NCBI GenBank assembly: GCA_038236735.1
Contig: JBBRZL010000001.1
Span: forward strand, 1 to 60,688
DNA from: Holophagales bacterium
GTDB lineage: Bacteria; Acidobacteriota; Holophagae; Holophagales; Holophagaceae
Direction: 5' to 3'
Length of the DNA: 60,688 nt
Part shown: positions 11,142 to 22,136 of the stretch, one piece after another
Layout of the letters: every line of letters starts with the position of its first letter
Position numbering within the stretch: position 1 is the first letter of the stretch
Notes under the pieces: model-generated
What the model saw: only the letters and a program-made list of their open reading frames with translations
Database searches by the model: none
What the model was told of the DNA's origin: nothing
Made by a program: the position numbers and the translations under genes

Positions 11142-12447
11142 AGGCAGCCTCATCCTCCGCTCACCGGGACCTTCCCTGCTGAATGGCGAGGCCCCTGCCC
11201 CGCGCTCAGCCTCGCGTGGCTTCAGCCTGGGCATGTTCTGGGAGGTGGTCCGCACCGGCCTGGTGGAGCTGTGGGCCCACAAGCTGCGCAGCCTGCTCAC
11301 CCTCACCCTGTTGATGCTCGGGGTCTTCGCCCTGGTGGTGATGACGTCAGTGTTGGACGGCATCATGGACAAGATCACCACCGGCTTCGCGGGCATGAGC
11401 TGGGATGGCACCGTCCGCATCGCGCCAAAGGCGGCGGAGACCGGCGACGAACGCAAACGCTTCGACATGAGCCCGGGCCTGCGGTACGAGGACATCAGCA
11501 GGGTCGCGGCCACGAATACCAAGGTGCTGGCCTTCCTGCCCAGGGCGCAGAAGAGCGTCACGGTGCGCGTGCTGGGCGACACCGAGCGGATCTTCGTGAT
11601 CGGGGTGTCGCCGGACTACGCCCAATGGATGAACCGGCCCATCGGCCTCGGGCGCGGGCTCACGGAGGACGACCAGCGGCGGCGCTCCACCGTGGCGGTC
11701 GTGGGCGCGACCCTGGCCAACAAGCTCTTCGGCGGCGCCGATCCCGTGGGTCGCGACCTGGTGGTGGAAGGCGTGCCCTTCCGCATCGTGGGGGTGCAGG
11801 CTCCGGCCCAGATCTTCAACGACGAGAACTACTACGACGCCAACGGCATCCTGATTCCTCTGCAGGCCTACATGGACCGCATGGACCCGGCCCATAAGCT
11901 GGCCCAGATCACCGTGAAGCTGCGCCGTGCCGAGGATATGGGGGAAGTTTCGGCCATGCTGCTGGGCCGGGTGCGGCAGGCTCACCATGGCATCGAAGAC
12001 GTCGAAGTGGTGGACCTGGACGCCGAGGCCGCCAAGGGCTACCAGAATTTTCTTGCCCAGATGCGGGGCTGGAAGATCGTGCTGCTCAGCCTCGCCAGCA
12101 CAGTGCTGCTGGTGGGTGGCGTGGGCGTGCTGTCGGTCATGCTCATCAGCTTCAGCGACCGTCGCTTCGAGATCGGCCTGCGCAAGGCCCTGGGCGCTTC
12201 CGATCACGAGATCTTCATCCAATTCCTGCTGGAGGCCCTGGTGCTGGCGGCCATCGGCGCCCTGCTCGGCACGGTCTCGGGCGCCCTGCTCTGCCAGGCC
12301 CTGTCGGCGAGCTCCCCCTACGGGTTGGTGGTCAACCCCATCGGCCTGCTCACCGCATGGATCGTGGCCCTTTCGCTGGCCCTGATCTTCGGCCTCTATC
12401 CCGCCCTGCGTGCCATGCGCCTCAGCCCCATGGAGGCCATGAGGTAG
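11134..12447 (+). CDS. Second ABC permease (MacB/FtsX family); start may be at MFWEV
   Basis: HKLRSLLT, DRRFEIGLRKALGA, YPALRA..SPMEAMR. Confidence 0.92.
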   Translation: MSEGSLILRSPGPSLLNGEAPAPRSASRGFSLGMFWEVVRTGLVELWAHKLRSLLTLTLLMLGVFALVVMTSVLDGIMDKITTGFAGMSWDGTVRIAPKAAETGDERKRFDMSPGLRYEDISRVAATNTKVLAFLPRAQKSVTVRVLGDTERIFVIGVSPDYAQWMNRPIGLGRGLTEDDQRRRSTVAVVGATLANKLFGGADPVGRDLVVEGVPFRIVGVQAPAQIFNDENYYDANGILIPLQAYMDRMDPAHKLAQITVKLRRAEDMGEVSAMLLGRVRQAHHGIEDVEVVDLDAEAAKGYQNFLAQMRGWKIVLLSLASTVLLVGGVGVLSVMLISFSDRRFEIGLRKALGASDHEIFIQFLLEALVLAAIGALLGTVSGALLCQALSASSPYGLVVNPIGLLTAWIVALSLALIFGLYPALRAMRLSPMEAMR

Positions 12448-12495
12448 GCTCTAGGCTGTGGGCTCGAGGCTGTGGGCTGCGGGGTGTGGGCCGGA
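12447..12495. repeat. Degenerate heptamer tandem repeat, about 7 units of GGCTnnn
   Basis: ggctcta ggctgtg ggctcga ggctgtg ggctgcg gggtgtg ggccgga. Confidence 0.6.
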
Positions 12496-12512
12496 GGCGG
12501 TAGGATCACTGG

Positions 12513-12938
12513 ATGGCTGACCCGATCCAAATCACTGCCTCCGTCCGCGTCCCGGGCGAGGCCATCCGCTTCAAGGCGGTGCGGGCCGGAGGCGCCGGGG
12601 GGCAGAACGTCAACAAGGTGTCTTCCAAGGTGGAGCTGCGCATCGATCTCGCGGCCATCGAAGGGCTGCCCGAGGATGCCCTCGCCCGGCTACGAACGAC
12701 CCAGCGCAACCGGCTCGATGCCGAAGGTCTCTGGATGGTGGTCAGCGACCGCACCCGGGACCAGCTCAAGAACCTCCTGGATGCCCGGGAAAAGGTGGCC
12801 GAGGCCGTCCGGGCGGCGCTGATCCGCCCCATCCCCAGGCGGGCCACCCGGCCCACCAAGGGCTCCGAGGAGCGGAGGCTGGACTCTAAGAAGCGGGCCT
12901 CTGCGACCAAACAGCAGCGGCGCGGGGACTTCGAGTAA
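12513..12938 (+). CDS. arfB: Alternative ribosome rescue factor B
   Basis: GAGGQNVNKVSSKVELR GGQ domain; basic tail RRATRPTKGSEERRLDSKK. Confidence 0.95.
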   Translation: MADPIQITASVRVPGEAIRFKAVRAGGAGGQNVNKVSSKVELRIDLAAIEGLPEDALARLRTTQRNRLDAEGLWMVVSDRTRDQLKNLLDAREKVAEAVRAALIRPIPRRATRPTKGSEERRLDSKKRASATKQQRRGDFE

Positions 12939-12965
12939 CCTGTAGCCCCGATTCAAGGAGGCTCC

Positions 12966-13397
12966 ATGTCCGAACCCCAGACCTATGCCACTCACCGGCG
13001 CTTTGAGCCCCTTCAGCACTTCGTGCTGACGCCGATTTTCCTCATCACGGTGATCAGCAGCCTGGTGCAGTGCTACCGGCACCCCAGTCTCCACACCGCC
13101 TGGTTCGTGGTGCTGGCCTTGGCGCTGCTGCTGTTGGCCCTCCAGGTTCGCCTGTATGCCCTGAAGGTACAGGATCGGCTGATCCGCCTGGAGGAGACCC
13201 TGCGCATGGAGCGCATCCTGCCGGACGATCTGAAAGGCCGGATCCCTGAACTGACCTCGAAGCAGATTGTCGGCCTCCGCTTCGCCGCCGACGCGGAACT
13301 GGCCCATCGGGTGCGCGAAGCGCTGGAGGAGCACCTGAGCGGCGAAGCCATCAAGAAGCGCATCCAGGTCTGGCGCCCCGACACCTTCAGGGTCTGA
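12966..13397 (+). CDS. Conserved membrane protein (DUF6526-like)
   Basis: Two TM helices, RLYALKVQDRLIRLEE, GLRFA, WRPD.FRV; AAGGAGG SD. Confidence 0.75.
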   Translation: MSEPQTYATHRRFEPLQHFVLTPIFLITVISSLVQCYRHPSLHTAWFVVLALALLLLALQVRLYALKVQDRLIRLEETLRMERILPDDLKGRIPELTSKQIVGLRFAADAELAHRVREALEEHLSGEAIKKRIQVWRPDTFRV

Positions 13398-14468
13398 TCA
13401 ATCCCTGATGTAGTGGCAGGTATAGCCACCGGGGTTCTTGATGAGGTAGTCCTGGTGGTATTCCTCAGCCTTCCACCAGGGGCCCGCCGCGGTGATCTCA
13501 GTGACGATGGGCCGCGGCCACTTGCCGCTGGCGTTCACTTCGGCCTTGACCCGCTCGGCGGTCTGCCGCTGGTCGTCCGAGTGGAAGAAGATGGCGCTGC
13601 GGTAGGAGGTGCCCGTGTCATTGCCCTGACGGTTCAGGGTGGTGGGGTCGTGCATGCGGAAGAAGAACCGCAACAGGGCCTCGAAGGTGGTCTTCGAGGG
13701 ATCGAACTTGATCTGGACGGCCTCGGCGTGGCCCTCATGGTTCTGGTAGGTGGCATTGGCCGCCTTGCCGCCGGTGTAGCCCACCTCGATGGCCGTGACG
13801 CCGGGCTGCTTGCGGATCAGGTCTTCCATGCCCCAGAAACAGCCCCCGGCCAAGGTGGCGATCTCCTCCTTGGGTGCGGGCTTCGGCGCAGGGGCGGCCT
13901 TGCCGAACAGCGGCAGGAAGGAACCCAGCCCCTCCTTCTCCAGATCCGCCGCAGGGACGAAGCGCAGCGAGGCGCTGTTGATGCAGTAGCGGAGACCGCC
14001 GAGTTCCTTCGGGCCATCATCGAAGACATGGCCCAGGTGGGAATCGGCCTCCTTGGATCTGACTTCCGTGCGGGGCATGCCAAGGGTGAAATCCTGCTTC
14101 TCGACCACGTCCTTGCCCGCCAGGGGCTTCGCGAAGCTGGGCCAGCCACAGCCGGAGTCGAATTTGTCCTTAGAGGAGAACAGGGGCTTGCCGCTCACGA
14201 TGTCGACGTAGACGCCTTCCCGGTGCTCGTTCCAGTACTCGTTGCGGAAGGGTGGCTCGGTGCCTGCTTCCTGGGTCACGTGGAACTGCATGGGCGTGAG
14301 CTTCTGTTTCAGCTCAGCGGGGCTGGACTTCTTGGAATCGGTCACCTGATCCTCTCGGGTGGGTGGGGCGGTCGCGTTGGCGGGCCGGTGGGTGGAAGAG
14401 ACGGCAATTCCGAAGCCCGCCAGGGCCACGGTAAAGGCGATGCCGCCCAGGATTGCGCGCAGGTGCAT
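13398..14468 (-). CDS. msrAB: Exported bifunctional methionine sulfoxide reductase MsrB-MsrA
   Basis: Signal-like N-terminus from ATG 14468 (GGAGG SD); MsrB GWPSF, HLGHVF, RYCINS; Msr[19 protein letters not shown]. Confidence 0.93.
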   Translation of the reverse strand: MHLRAILGGIAFTVALAGFGIAVSSTHRPANATAPPTREDQVTDSKKSSPAELKQKLTPMQFHVTQEAGTEPPFRNEYWNEHREGVYVDIVSGKPLFSSKDKFDSGCGWPSFAKPLAGKDVVEKQDFTLGMPRTEVRSKEADSHLGHVFDDGPKELGGLRYCINSASLRFVPAADLEKEGLGSFLPLFGKAAPAPKPAPKEEIATLAGGCFWGMEDLIRKQPGVTAIEVGYTGGKAANATYQNHEGHAEAVQIKFDPSKTTFEALLRFFFRMHDPTTLNRQGNDTGTSYRSAIFFHSDDQRQTAERVKAEVNASGKWPRPIVTEITAAGPWWKAEEYHQDYLIKNPGGYTCHYIRD

Positions 14469-14657
14469 GGAGCCCTCCGGAATAGGAATAGGATGCGCGA
14501 AAAGTATCAAATGGTACAAGCCGGTTTCCTGGCTGCCAGGCGAGCCTCCCGGAGGCACCAACAGGCGGTAGAAGCTGACCTTCATATCTGTAGACAGCCT
14601 GGGGTCGGGAGCGCAGGCTCGTCTCGCACCACAGCCGTGGTGGTCGAGGGGTGGCCC

Positions 14658-14840
14658 GTGCTGGACAAAGAAGATGAGGGTGCCGCCCTGCGGGACTTGG
14701 CTGAAGGTTTCCCGACCCTGAAAGAGTTGCGGCTGGCCAACCCTCCGGGCGCGGAGAAATTCCTGGCCGCTACCCGGCACCAATCCGAGAACTGGCCCAC
14801 CGACGCGCTCATAGATGGGTATCTGGATTCGCAGCCTTGA
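14658..14840 (+). CDS. Possible 60-aa hypothetical protein ([10 protein letters not shown]...YLDSQP)
   Basis: GTG start preceded by GAGGGG; protein-like composition; not in the ORF track as a separate ORF. Confidence 0.4.
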   Translation: MLDKEDEGAALRDLAEGFPTLKELRLANPPGAEKFLAATRHQSENWPTDALIDGYLDSQP

Positions 14841-14891
14841 GGATTGGCACCCGTTTGCGGGGGCGAATCTAGAAAGGGGGATAGGGTACCC

Positions 14892-15080
14892 TCACTTCCC
14901 CTTGTTTCTGCCCCGCTGGTGGGCGATGGCGGTACGGGCGGGACGGATGCTCTGGATTTCCGTGGCCCCAGTCTTTGGGCTGGCTTCCGCACGCTTCGTC
15001 CCCTCGACAGGACCCTTCCCTGTGGGGTTGGCCGCCGCAATGGCCTTGAGGATTGCAGGGGGGATGACGGGTTTGGCCAT
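14892..15080 (-). CDS. 62-aa basic small protein, probably leaderless
   Basis: TAGAAT -10 hexamer 5 nt before ATG; Lys/Arg-rich C-terminus HQRGRNKGK. Confidence 0.6.
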   Translation of the reverse strand: MAKPVIPPAILKAIAAANPTGKGPVEGTKRAEASPKTGATEIQSIRPARTAIAHQRGRNKGK

Positions 15081-15152
15081 GCCACATTCTAGGGCTTAGT
15101 CAACGACTGAGCGCAGCCTCTATCTACCTGCTCACCACCTTGCAGTCGCTGC

Positions 15153-15452
15153 CTAGGGCCGAGGGGGCAGGCGGCGGAAGGGGATGACATTGGACGGGGG
15201 TGCGGTGGCCTCTGCCGAGGCGGCCTCCAGGTCCTCGACCCGGTAGCTGTTCTCGACGCCGCTGTCCCAGCGGACGAAGTAGGGCCTGGGTGCGGCTCCG
15301 GGTTTGTGGGGCCGGTCTTCGGCCACCAGCACAGTCCCGGGGCTCCCCCCGCCCTGGGCCTGAGGGACGAAGTGCGGCCAGGCTCCCCCGTAGAAGGTCA
15401 CCCCTGCGGGGGTGAGGCGCACTCGGTCTCCGGGCTTGAATTCGAGGTCCAT
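15153..15452 (-). CDS. 99-aa hypothetical protein, SH3/KOW-like barrel
   Basis: FKPGDRVRL...GTV...YFVRWDSG pattern; GGAG SD; GC3-biased codons. Confidence 0.7.
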   Translation of the reverse strand: MDLEFKPGDRVRLTPAGVTFYGGAWPHFVPQAQGGGSPGTVLVAEDRPHKPGAAPRPYFVRWDSGVENSYRVEDLEAASAEATAPPSNVIPFRRLPPRP

Positions 15453-15479
15453 GGCAGCTCCGAGTCCATTACACACCGA

Positions 15480-15580
15480 TCGGGATTCGAACTGCGCCTG
15501 GCTTCGCCAGTCGCCGGTCCCGCTTCGGCGTGCCATCTAGGCACGCCTCGGGCGGTCCCACTCGCAGGTTCGAATCCCGA
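15480..15580. repeat. Palindromic element with terminal inverted repeats matching the tRNA T-arm
   Basis: TCGGGATTCGAA-CTGCG (15480-15496) versus CGCAGGTTCGAATCCCGA (15563-15580); internal hairpins CTGGC-ttc-GCCAG and GGCGTGCC-atcta-GGCACGCC. Confidence 0.75.
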
Positions 15581-15589
15581 AGGGATTCA

Positions 15590-15633
15590 CTCCAATGAAA
15601 AGGCCCCCGCGCGCGGGGGCCTTTTCATTGGAG
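15590..15633 (-). terminator. tRNA terminator hairpin whose arms include the tRNA CCA end
   Basis: CTCCAATGAAAAGGCCCCCGC-gc-GCGGGGGCCTTTTCATTGGAG perfect inverted repeat. Confidence 0.8.
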
Positions 15634-15704
15634 CCAACTACAGGATTCGAACCTGCGACCTGCTGATTACGAATCAGCTGCTCTACCAACTGAGCTAAGT
15701 TGGC
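15629..15704 (-). tRNA. tRNA-Thr (anticodon CGT)
   Basis: GCCAACTTAGCTCAGTTGGTAGAGCAGCTGATTCGTAATCAGCAGGTCGCAGGTTCGAATCCTGTAGTTGGCTCCA; 76-nt cloverleaf with encoded CCA. Confidence 0.98.
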
Positions 15705-15744
15705 GCTCGCTTTCCAGTTTGCCTTGGAAGGGACCTTGAATCAA

Positions 15745-17883
<2,139 letters not shown>

Positions 17884-17955
17884 GGTGACCTCCCGAAGGA
17901 CTTTGGTGAATGCCCCACAGGATACCTCGCATCACTATGGTTATGCCAGGCTGAG

Positions 17956-20055
17956 TCAGGGCGTCGTCATGCCCAGGCTCTTCACCAGGAAGGCGAGGAC
18001 ATCAGCCCGCTCGGCGATGACCATGTCCGTGGGTTTGCCCGCGCCATGGCCCGCGCTCGTCGCAATGCGGGTGAGGATGGGCGCGGGACCCGCCTGGGCG
18101 GCCTGCAGGGTGGCCGTGAACTTGTGGCTGTGGGCGGGCACCACGCGGTCATCGTGATCGCCGGTGGTCACCAGGGTCGGCGGATAGGCCGTACCCGGCT
18201 GAATGGTGTGCAGGGGCGAGTACTGCATGAGGATGTCGAAGCCCTCCTTCGTCTCGCTGCTGCCGTAGTCGCTCTTCCAGCCCCAGCCCAGGGTGAACTG
18301 GTGGAAGCGCAGCATGTCCATGACCCCCACTTCGGGCACCGCCGCACCGAAGAGCTCGGGCCGCTGGGTCAGGCAGGCGCCCACCAGCAGACCGCCGTTG
18401 CTGCCGCCGTTGATGGCCAGCTTCGGGGCCGAAGTGATCTTCTGTTGGATGAGCCATTCCGCCGCCGCGATGAAATCGTCGAAGACGTTCTGCTTCTGGT
18501 CCTTTCGGCCCGCGTCGTACCACGCCAGGCCATATTCGCCGCCCCCGCGCAGGTTGGCCATGGCATAGACCCCGCCCAGTTCCAGCCAGACCAGGCGGGA
18601 GACGGAAAAGCCCGGCGTCAGCGACACGTTGAAGCCGCCATAGCCATAGAGCAGCGTGGGGTTCTGGCCATCGCGTTGCAGGCCCTTCTTGGACACCAGG
18701 AACATGGGGATCGGCGTGCCGTCCTTACTGGGGTAGAAGACCTGCTCCACCTCGAAATCGGCGGGGTCAAAGGCCACCTTCGGCTCGCGGAAAATCGCAC
18801 TCTGGCCGGTCTGCAGATCGAGGCGGTAGATGGTGCCCGGATAGGTGAAGCTGCCGAAGGTGTAGAAGGTCTCCGCGTCCTCGCGCCGCCCGCCGAAGCC
18901 GGCCACCGTACCCAGGGCCGGCAGGGCCAGAGGGCCCATCAGCCTGCCCTGCAGGTCATAGAACTCGACAGCGGAATGGGCGTCCCGCAGCCAGGTGGCC
19001 ACGAAGCGTTCCCCCACCAGGGACACGGATTCCAGGACGTCCTGCCCATGGGCCTGGGGAATGATCTCTGTCCACTGCCTGGGATCGGTTGCGCCCCTGC
19101 GGATGGCCACCAACCGGTTGCGGGGCGCAGCCTGGTTGGTGAGGACGAAGAAGGTGTCACCCGCGTTGTCCACCACGCTGTAGGTGGCATCCATACGGTC
19201 CAGGAAGGGTTCCACCGGGCTGCTCGGCTGCGTGAGATCCTGCAGGTAGAGGCTGGATTCAGGGTTGGTGCCCTTGCCGCAGGTGATGATCAGCCAGCGC
19301 CCATCGTCGGTAACGGCGCCGCCCAGATACCACTCGGGCTCGTCAGGACGCTGGTAGACGAGCCCATCCTCCGACTGCGGCGTGCCCAGGCGGTGGAAGC
19401 AGAGCTGGTGGTCGTTGTTCACGCCCGTGAGCGCCCCGCCCTCCGCGGGTGCCTCGTAGCGACTGTAGTAGAAGCCGCTGCCATCCGACCGCCAGGCGGC
19501 GCCACTGGCCTTGGACCAGTGGATCTCGTCGGCAAGATCCTGACCCGTGGCCACGTCCCGAACCTTCCAGGTCTGCCAGTCGGAGCCGGCCACGGAAATG
19601 GAATAGGCCAGCAACCGGCCATCCTCCGTGAGGTCCAGCCCGCTCAGGGCCACGGTGCCGTCCTGGCTGAGGGTGTTGGGATCCAGCAGCACCCGGCCCG
19701 GGGCCTCGGGCTCCTCGGTCACGAACAGCACGGACTGGTTCTGGAGCCCGGTGTTGCAGAAGTAGAAGTAGCGTTGGCCCCGCTTGAAGGGAGCGCTGTA
19801 TTTCTCGAAGTCCCAGAGCCGGGTGATGCGCTCCCGGATGGCGGCACGCCCGGGGATCTGCTCCAAGTAGGCGAAGGTCAGCTCGTTCTGGACCGCCACC
19901 CAGGCCTGGGTTTCGGGGCTGTGGTCCTCCTCCAGCCAGCGGTAGGGATCCGCCACCCGGGTGCCGAAGAAATCATCCACCACATCCGCTTTGCGGGTGA
20001 CGGGGTAGCGCAGCGGGGACTGCGCGGCTTGGGCGGTCTTATGGGCGAGATCCAT
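17956..20055 (-). CDS. Prolyl oligopeptidase (S9A), no signal peptide
   Basis: Same catalytic motifs as the neighbour; start placed at ATG 20055 because the longer ORF overlaps phoH2 antisense. Confidence 0.93.
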   Translation of the reverse strand: MDLAHKTAQAAQSPLRYPVTRKADVVDDFFGTRVADPYRWLEEDHSPETQAWVAVQNELTFAYLEQIPGRAAIRERITRLWDFEKYSAPFKRGQRYFYFCNTGLQNQSVLFVTEEPEAPGRVLLDPNTLSQDGTVALSGLDLTEDGRLLAYSISVAGSDWQTWKVRDVATGQDLADEIHWSKASGAAWRSDGSGFYYSRYEAPAEGGALTGVNNDHQLCFHRLGTPQSEDGLVYQRPDEPEWYLGGAVTDDGRWLIITCGKGTNPESSLYLQDLTQPSSPVEPFLDRMDATYSVVDNAGDTFFVLTNQAAPRNRLVAIRRGATDPRQWTEIIPQAHGQDVLESVSLVGERFVATWLRDAHSAVEFYDLQGRLMGPLALPALGTVAGFGGRREDAETFYTFGSFTYPGTIYRLDLQTGQSAIFREPKVAFDPADFEVEQVFYPSKDGTPIPMFLVSKKGLQRDGQNPTLLYGYGGFNVSLTPGFSVSRLVWLELGGVYAMANLRGGGEYGLAWYDAGRKDQKQNVFDDFIAAAEWLIQQKITSAPKLAINGGSNGGLLVGACLTQRPELFGAAVPEVGVMDMLRFHQFTLGWGWKSDYGSSETKEGFDILMQYSPLHTIQPGTAYPPTLVTTGDHDDRVVPAHSHKFTATLQAAQAGPAPILTRIATSAGHGAGKPTDMVIAERADVLAFLVKSLGMTTP

Positions 20056-20179
20056 GGAGACAATCCTCAGGCTGCAGGCGTTCCCGCGGGGGGCCATTTT
20101 CGCATCAAACTTCAGGAGAATCCCAGCCGTGCAAGCCCGCCCGCTTGGTGGTAGGGTGCCACCATCCCTGGAGGTCTCA

Positions 20180-21511
20180 TTGGTCCCGCCATCTGGCAAG
20201 AAGGTCTTCGTCCTCGATACGAACGTCCTCCTGCACGATCCGAACTCCATCCTCCACTTCCAGGAACACGACGTGGTCATTCCCATCGTGGTCATTGAGG
20301 AGGTGGACCATTTCAAGAAGGACCAGACCGAGGTTGGCCGCAACGCCCGCAGTGTCTCCCGCATGCTGGACAAGCTGCGGGCCAGTGGCACCCTCAGCCG
20401 GGGCGTGCCCCTGGAGGGTGGGGGGACGCTGAAGGTGGACGTGGCGTCCCACAGCCTGGACATCGGCATCCTTTCCGCGGACAAGCACAAGGCCGATAAC
20501 CAGATTCTCGCCTGCGCCCGGGAGCTGCTGCACACCTGCAAAGAGCGCGTCGTCCTCGTGACGAAGGACACGAACCTGCGCATCAAGGCCGATGCCATCG
20601 GCGTGCAGGCCGAAGACTACACCACGGACCGTGTGGAGATGGACGAGCTCTACACCGGCCACAAGACCTGGGAGGTGGATCCCGCCAAGGTGGACCAGCT
20701 CTACGACGGCGGCCTGCAGCCCGATCCCGACCTGCACCTCCAGCCCAACCAGTTCCTCACCCTGGTGGACCAGACCAACGCCAGCCACACGGCCCTGGCC
20801 CGCTTCATGTCGGGCGAGGGGCTGCTCCGGCCCCTCAAGCGCATGGAGGCCTATCCCTGGGGCATCAAGCCCAGGAATCGCGAACAGCAATTTGCCATGG
20901 AGTTGCTGCTGGATCCCGCCGTCCAGGTGGTCACCCTGCTGGGCAAGGCCGGTACCGGCAAGACCTTGTTGGCCATCGCCGCGGGCCTGCAGCTGGTGGT
21001 GGACGACGAAGCCTACGACAAGATCCTCGTGAGCCGGCCCGTGATGCCCATGGGCCGGGACCTGGGCTACCTGCCAGGCGACATCAGCGAAAAGCTGCGG
21101 CCTTACATGCAGCCCATCTACGACAACCTCGAATTCATCGTGGGGGCCAATTCCGAAGCCCGCAAGCGCACCACCATGACCGCGGGCCAGCTGGAGGAGG
21201 CCGGCTACCTCAGCGTGGAGCCCCTCACCTACATCCGCGGGCGCAGCATCCCCCGGCAGTATCTGGTGGTGGACGAGGCCCAGAACCTCACGCCACACGA
21301 GGTCAAGACCATCCTCACCCGGGCGGGCGAAGGCACCAAGGTGATCTTCACGGGCGATCCGCACCAGATCGACAATCCCTACGTAGACGCCAGCACCAAC
21401 GGCCTCAGCTTCCTGGCCGAACACTTCAAGCAGCTCGACATTTCCGGCCACATCACCCTGCAGAAGGGCGAGCGCAGCAGGTTGGCGGAACTGGCGAGCA
21501 ACCTCCTCTAG
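20180..21511 (+). CDS. PhoH2/YlaK: PIN ribonuclease plus PhoH ATPase
   Basis: VLDTNVLLHDP, KDTNLRIKA, GKAGTGKT, YIRGRS, DEAQN, GDPHQID; TTG start after GGAGG. Confidence 0.93.
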   Translation: MVPPSGKKVFVLDTNVLLHDPNSILHFQEHDVVIPIVVIEEVDHFKKDQTEVGRNARSVSRMLDKLRASGTLSRGVPLEGGGTLKVDVASHSLDIGILSADKHKADNQILACARELLHTCKERVVLVTKDTNLRIKADAIGVQAEDYTTDRVEMDELYTGHKTWEVDPAKVDQLYDGGLQPDPDLHLQPNQFLTLVDQTNASHTALARFMSGEGLLRPLKRMEAYPWGIKPRNREQQFAMELLLDPAVQVVTLLGKAGTGKTLLAIAAGLQLVVDDEAYDKILVSRPVMPMGRDLGYLPGDISEKLRPYMQPIYDNLEFIVGANSEARKRTTMTAGQLEEAGYLSVEPLTYIRGRSIPRQYLVVDEAQNLTPHEVKTILTRAGEGTKVIFTGDPHQIDNPYVDASTNGLSFLAEHFKQLDISGHITLQKGERSRLAELASNLL

Positions 21512-21520
21512 GAGCGATTC

Positions 21521-22072
21521 ATGGCCAATTCATCCTGGGACGACGGTGGCCGCGGCGTGCCCGCCAAGACCGGCCTGCCGCTCTGGGGCAAGATCGCTCT
21601 GGGCTGCGGCATCGCCTTCCTGGTGGTGCTGGTGACCTGCGTGGGGGGGATCGCCTTCGTCGCCAACAAGGTGAAGAAGGATCCGGAAGGGTTCAAGCAG
21701 AAAGCCATGACGCTGGTCGTCGACCGGGTGCGCCCGGACTGGGAGGATTTCCGCGTCGTGGTGGAACAGCTGCGCACACCGGCGGGCTGCCGGGCCCTCT
21801 ATGCTGCCAACCCTGACCTCGCGAAAACCTGGCCCACGGAGGCGGCCTTCCTGGAAGCCTCGTCCCGATGGCAAAAGGAGGTGGTCTCCGCCCCCGACCT
21901 GACCCCCGATGTCATGGAACACGGCGGCCTCCGGGTCAACCACGAAATGGGTGGCCACGTGAGCCTGGGCTGGAGTCCCGCGTCCGGTCGGGCGGTCTAC
22001 GTCACCTTCGAGAGATCCCGGCGACCCGGCGATACGGGGCCCCGGCGCGTGGTGGAGGTGGACGTCCGCTAG
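21521..22072 (+). CDS. Hypothetical single-pass membrane protein
   Basis: AGGAG SD; [24 protein letters not shown] helix. Confidence 0.75.
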   Translation: MANSSWDDGGRGVPAKTGLPLWGKIALGCGIAFLVVLVTCVGGIAFVANKVKKDPEGFKQKAMTLVVDRVRPDWEDFRVVVEQLRTPAGCRALYAANPDLAKTWPTEAAFLEASSRWQKEVVSAPDLTPDVMEHGGLRVNHEMGGHVSLGWSPASGRAVYVTFERSRRPGDTGPRRVVEVDVR

Positions 22073-22136
22073 GAACTGTCCGTGTTCCGCGCCCTTCCGC
22101 ATTGAGCCTGCAGGGTTTTTCCGCCAAGATGCAGGC

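Noticed and set aside
14845-14860. TGGCACCCGTTTGCG as a sigma-54 promoter
   Set aside because: Spacing is GG-N9-GC rather than N10, and no convincing + strand gene follows
14469-15628. Integrated prophage or genomic island at tRNA-Thr
   Set aside because: No integrase or phage genes; only short T-arm-like repeats and small ORFs
20056-20598. N-terminal extension of the 880-aa POP ORF
   Set aside because: Overlaps phoH2 on the opposite strand; homology to the paralogue begins right after ATG 20055
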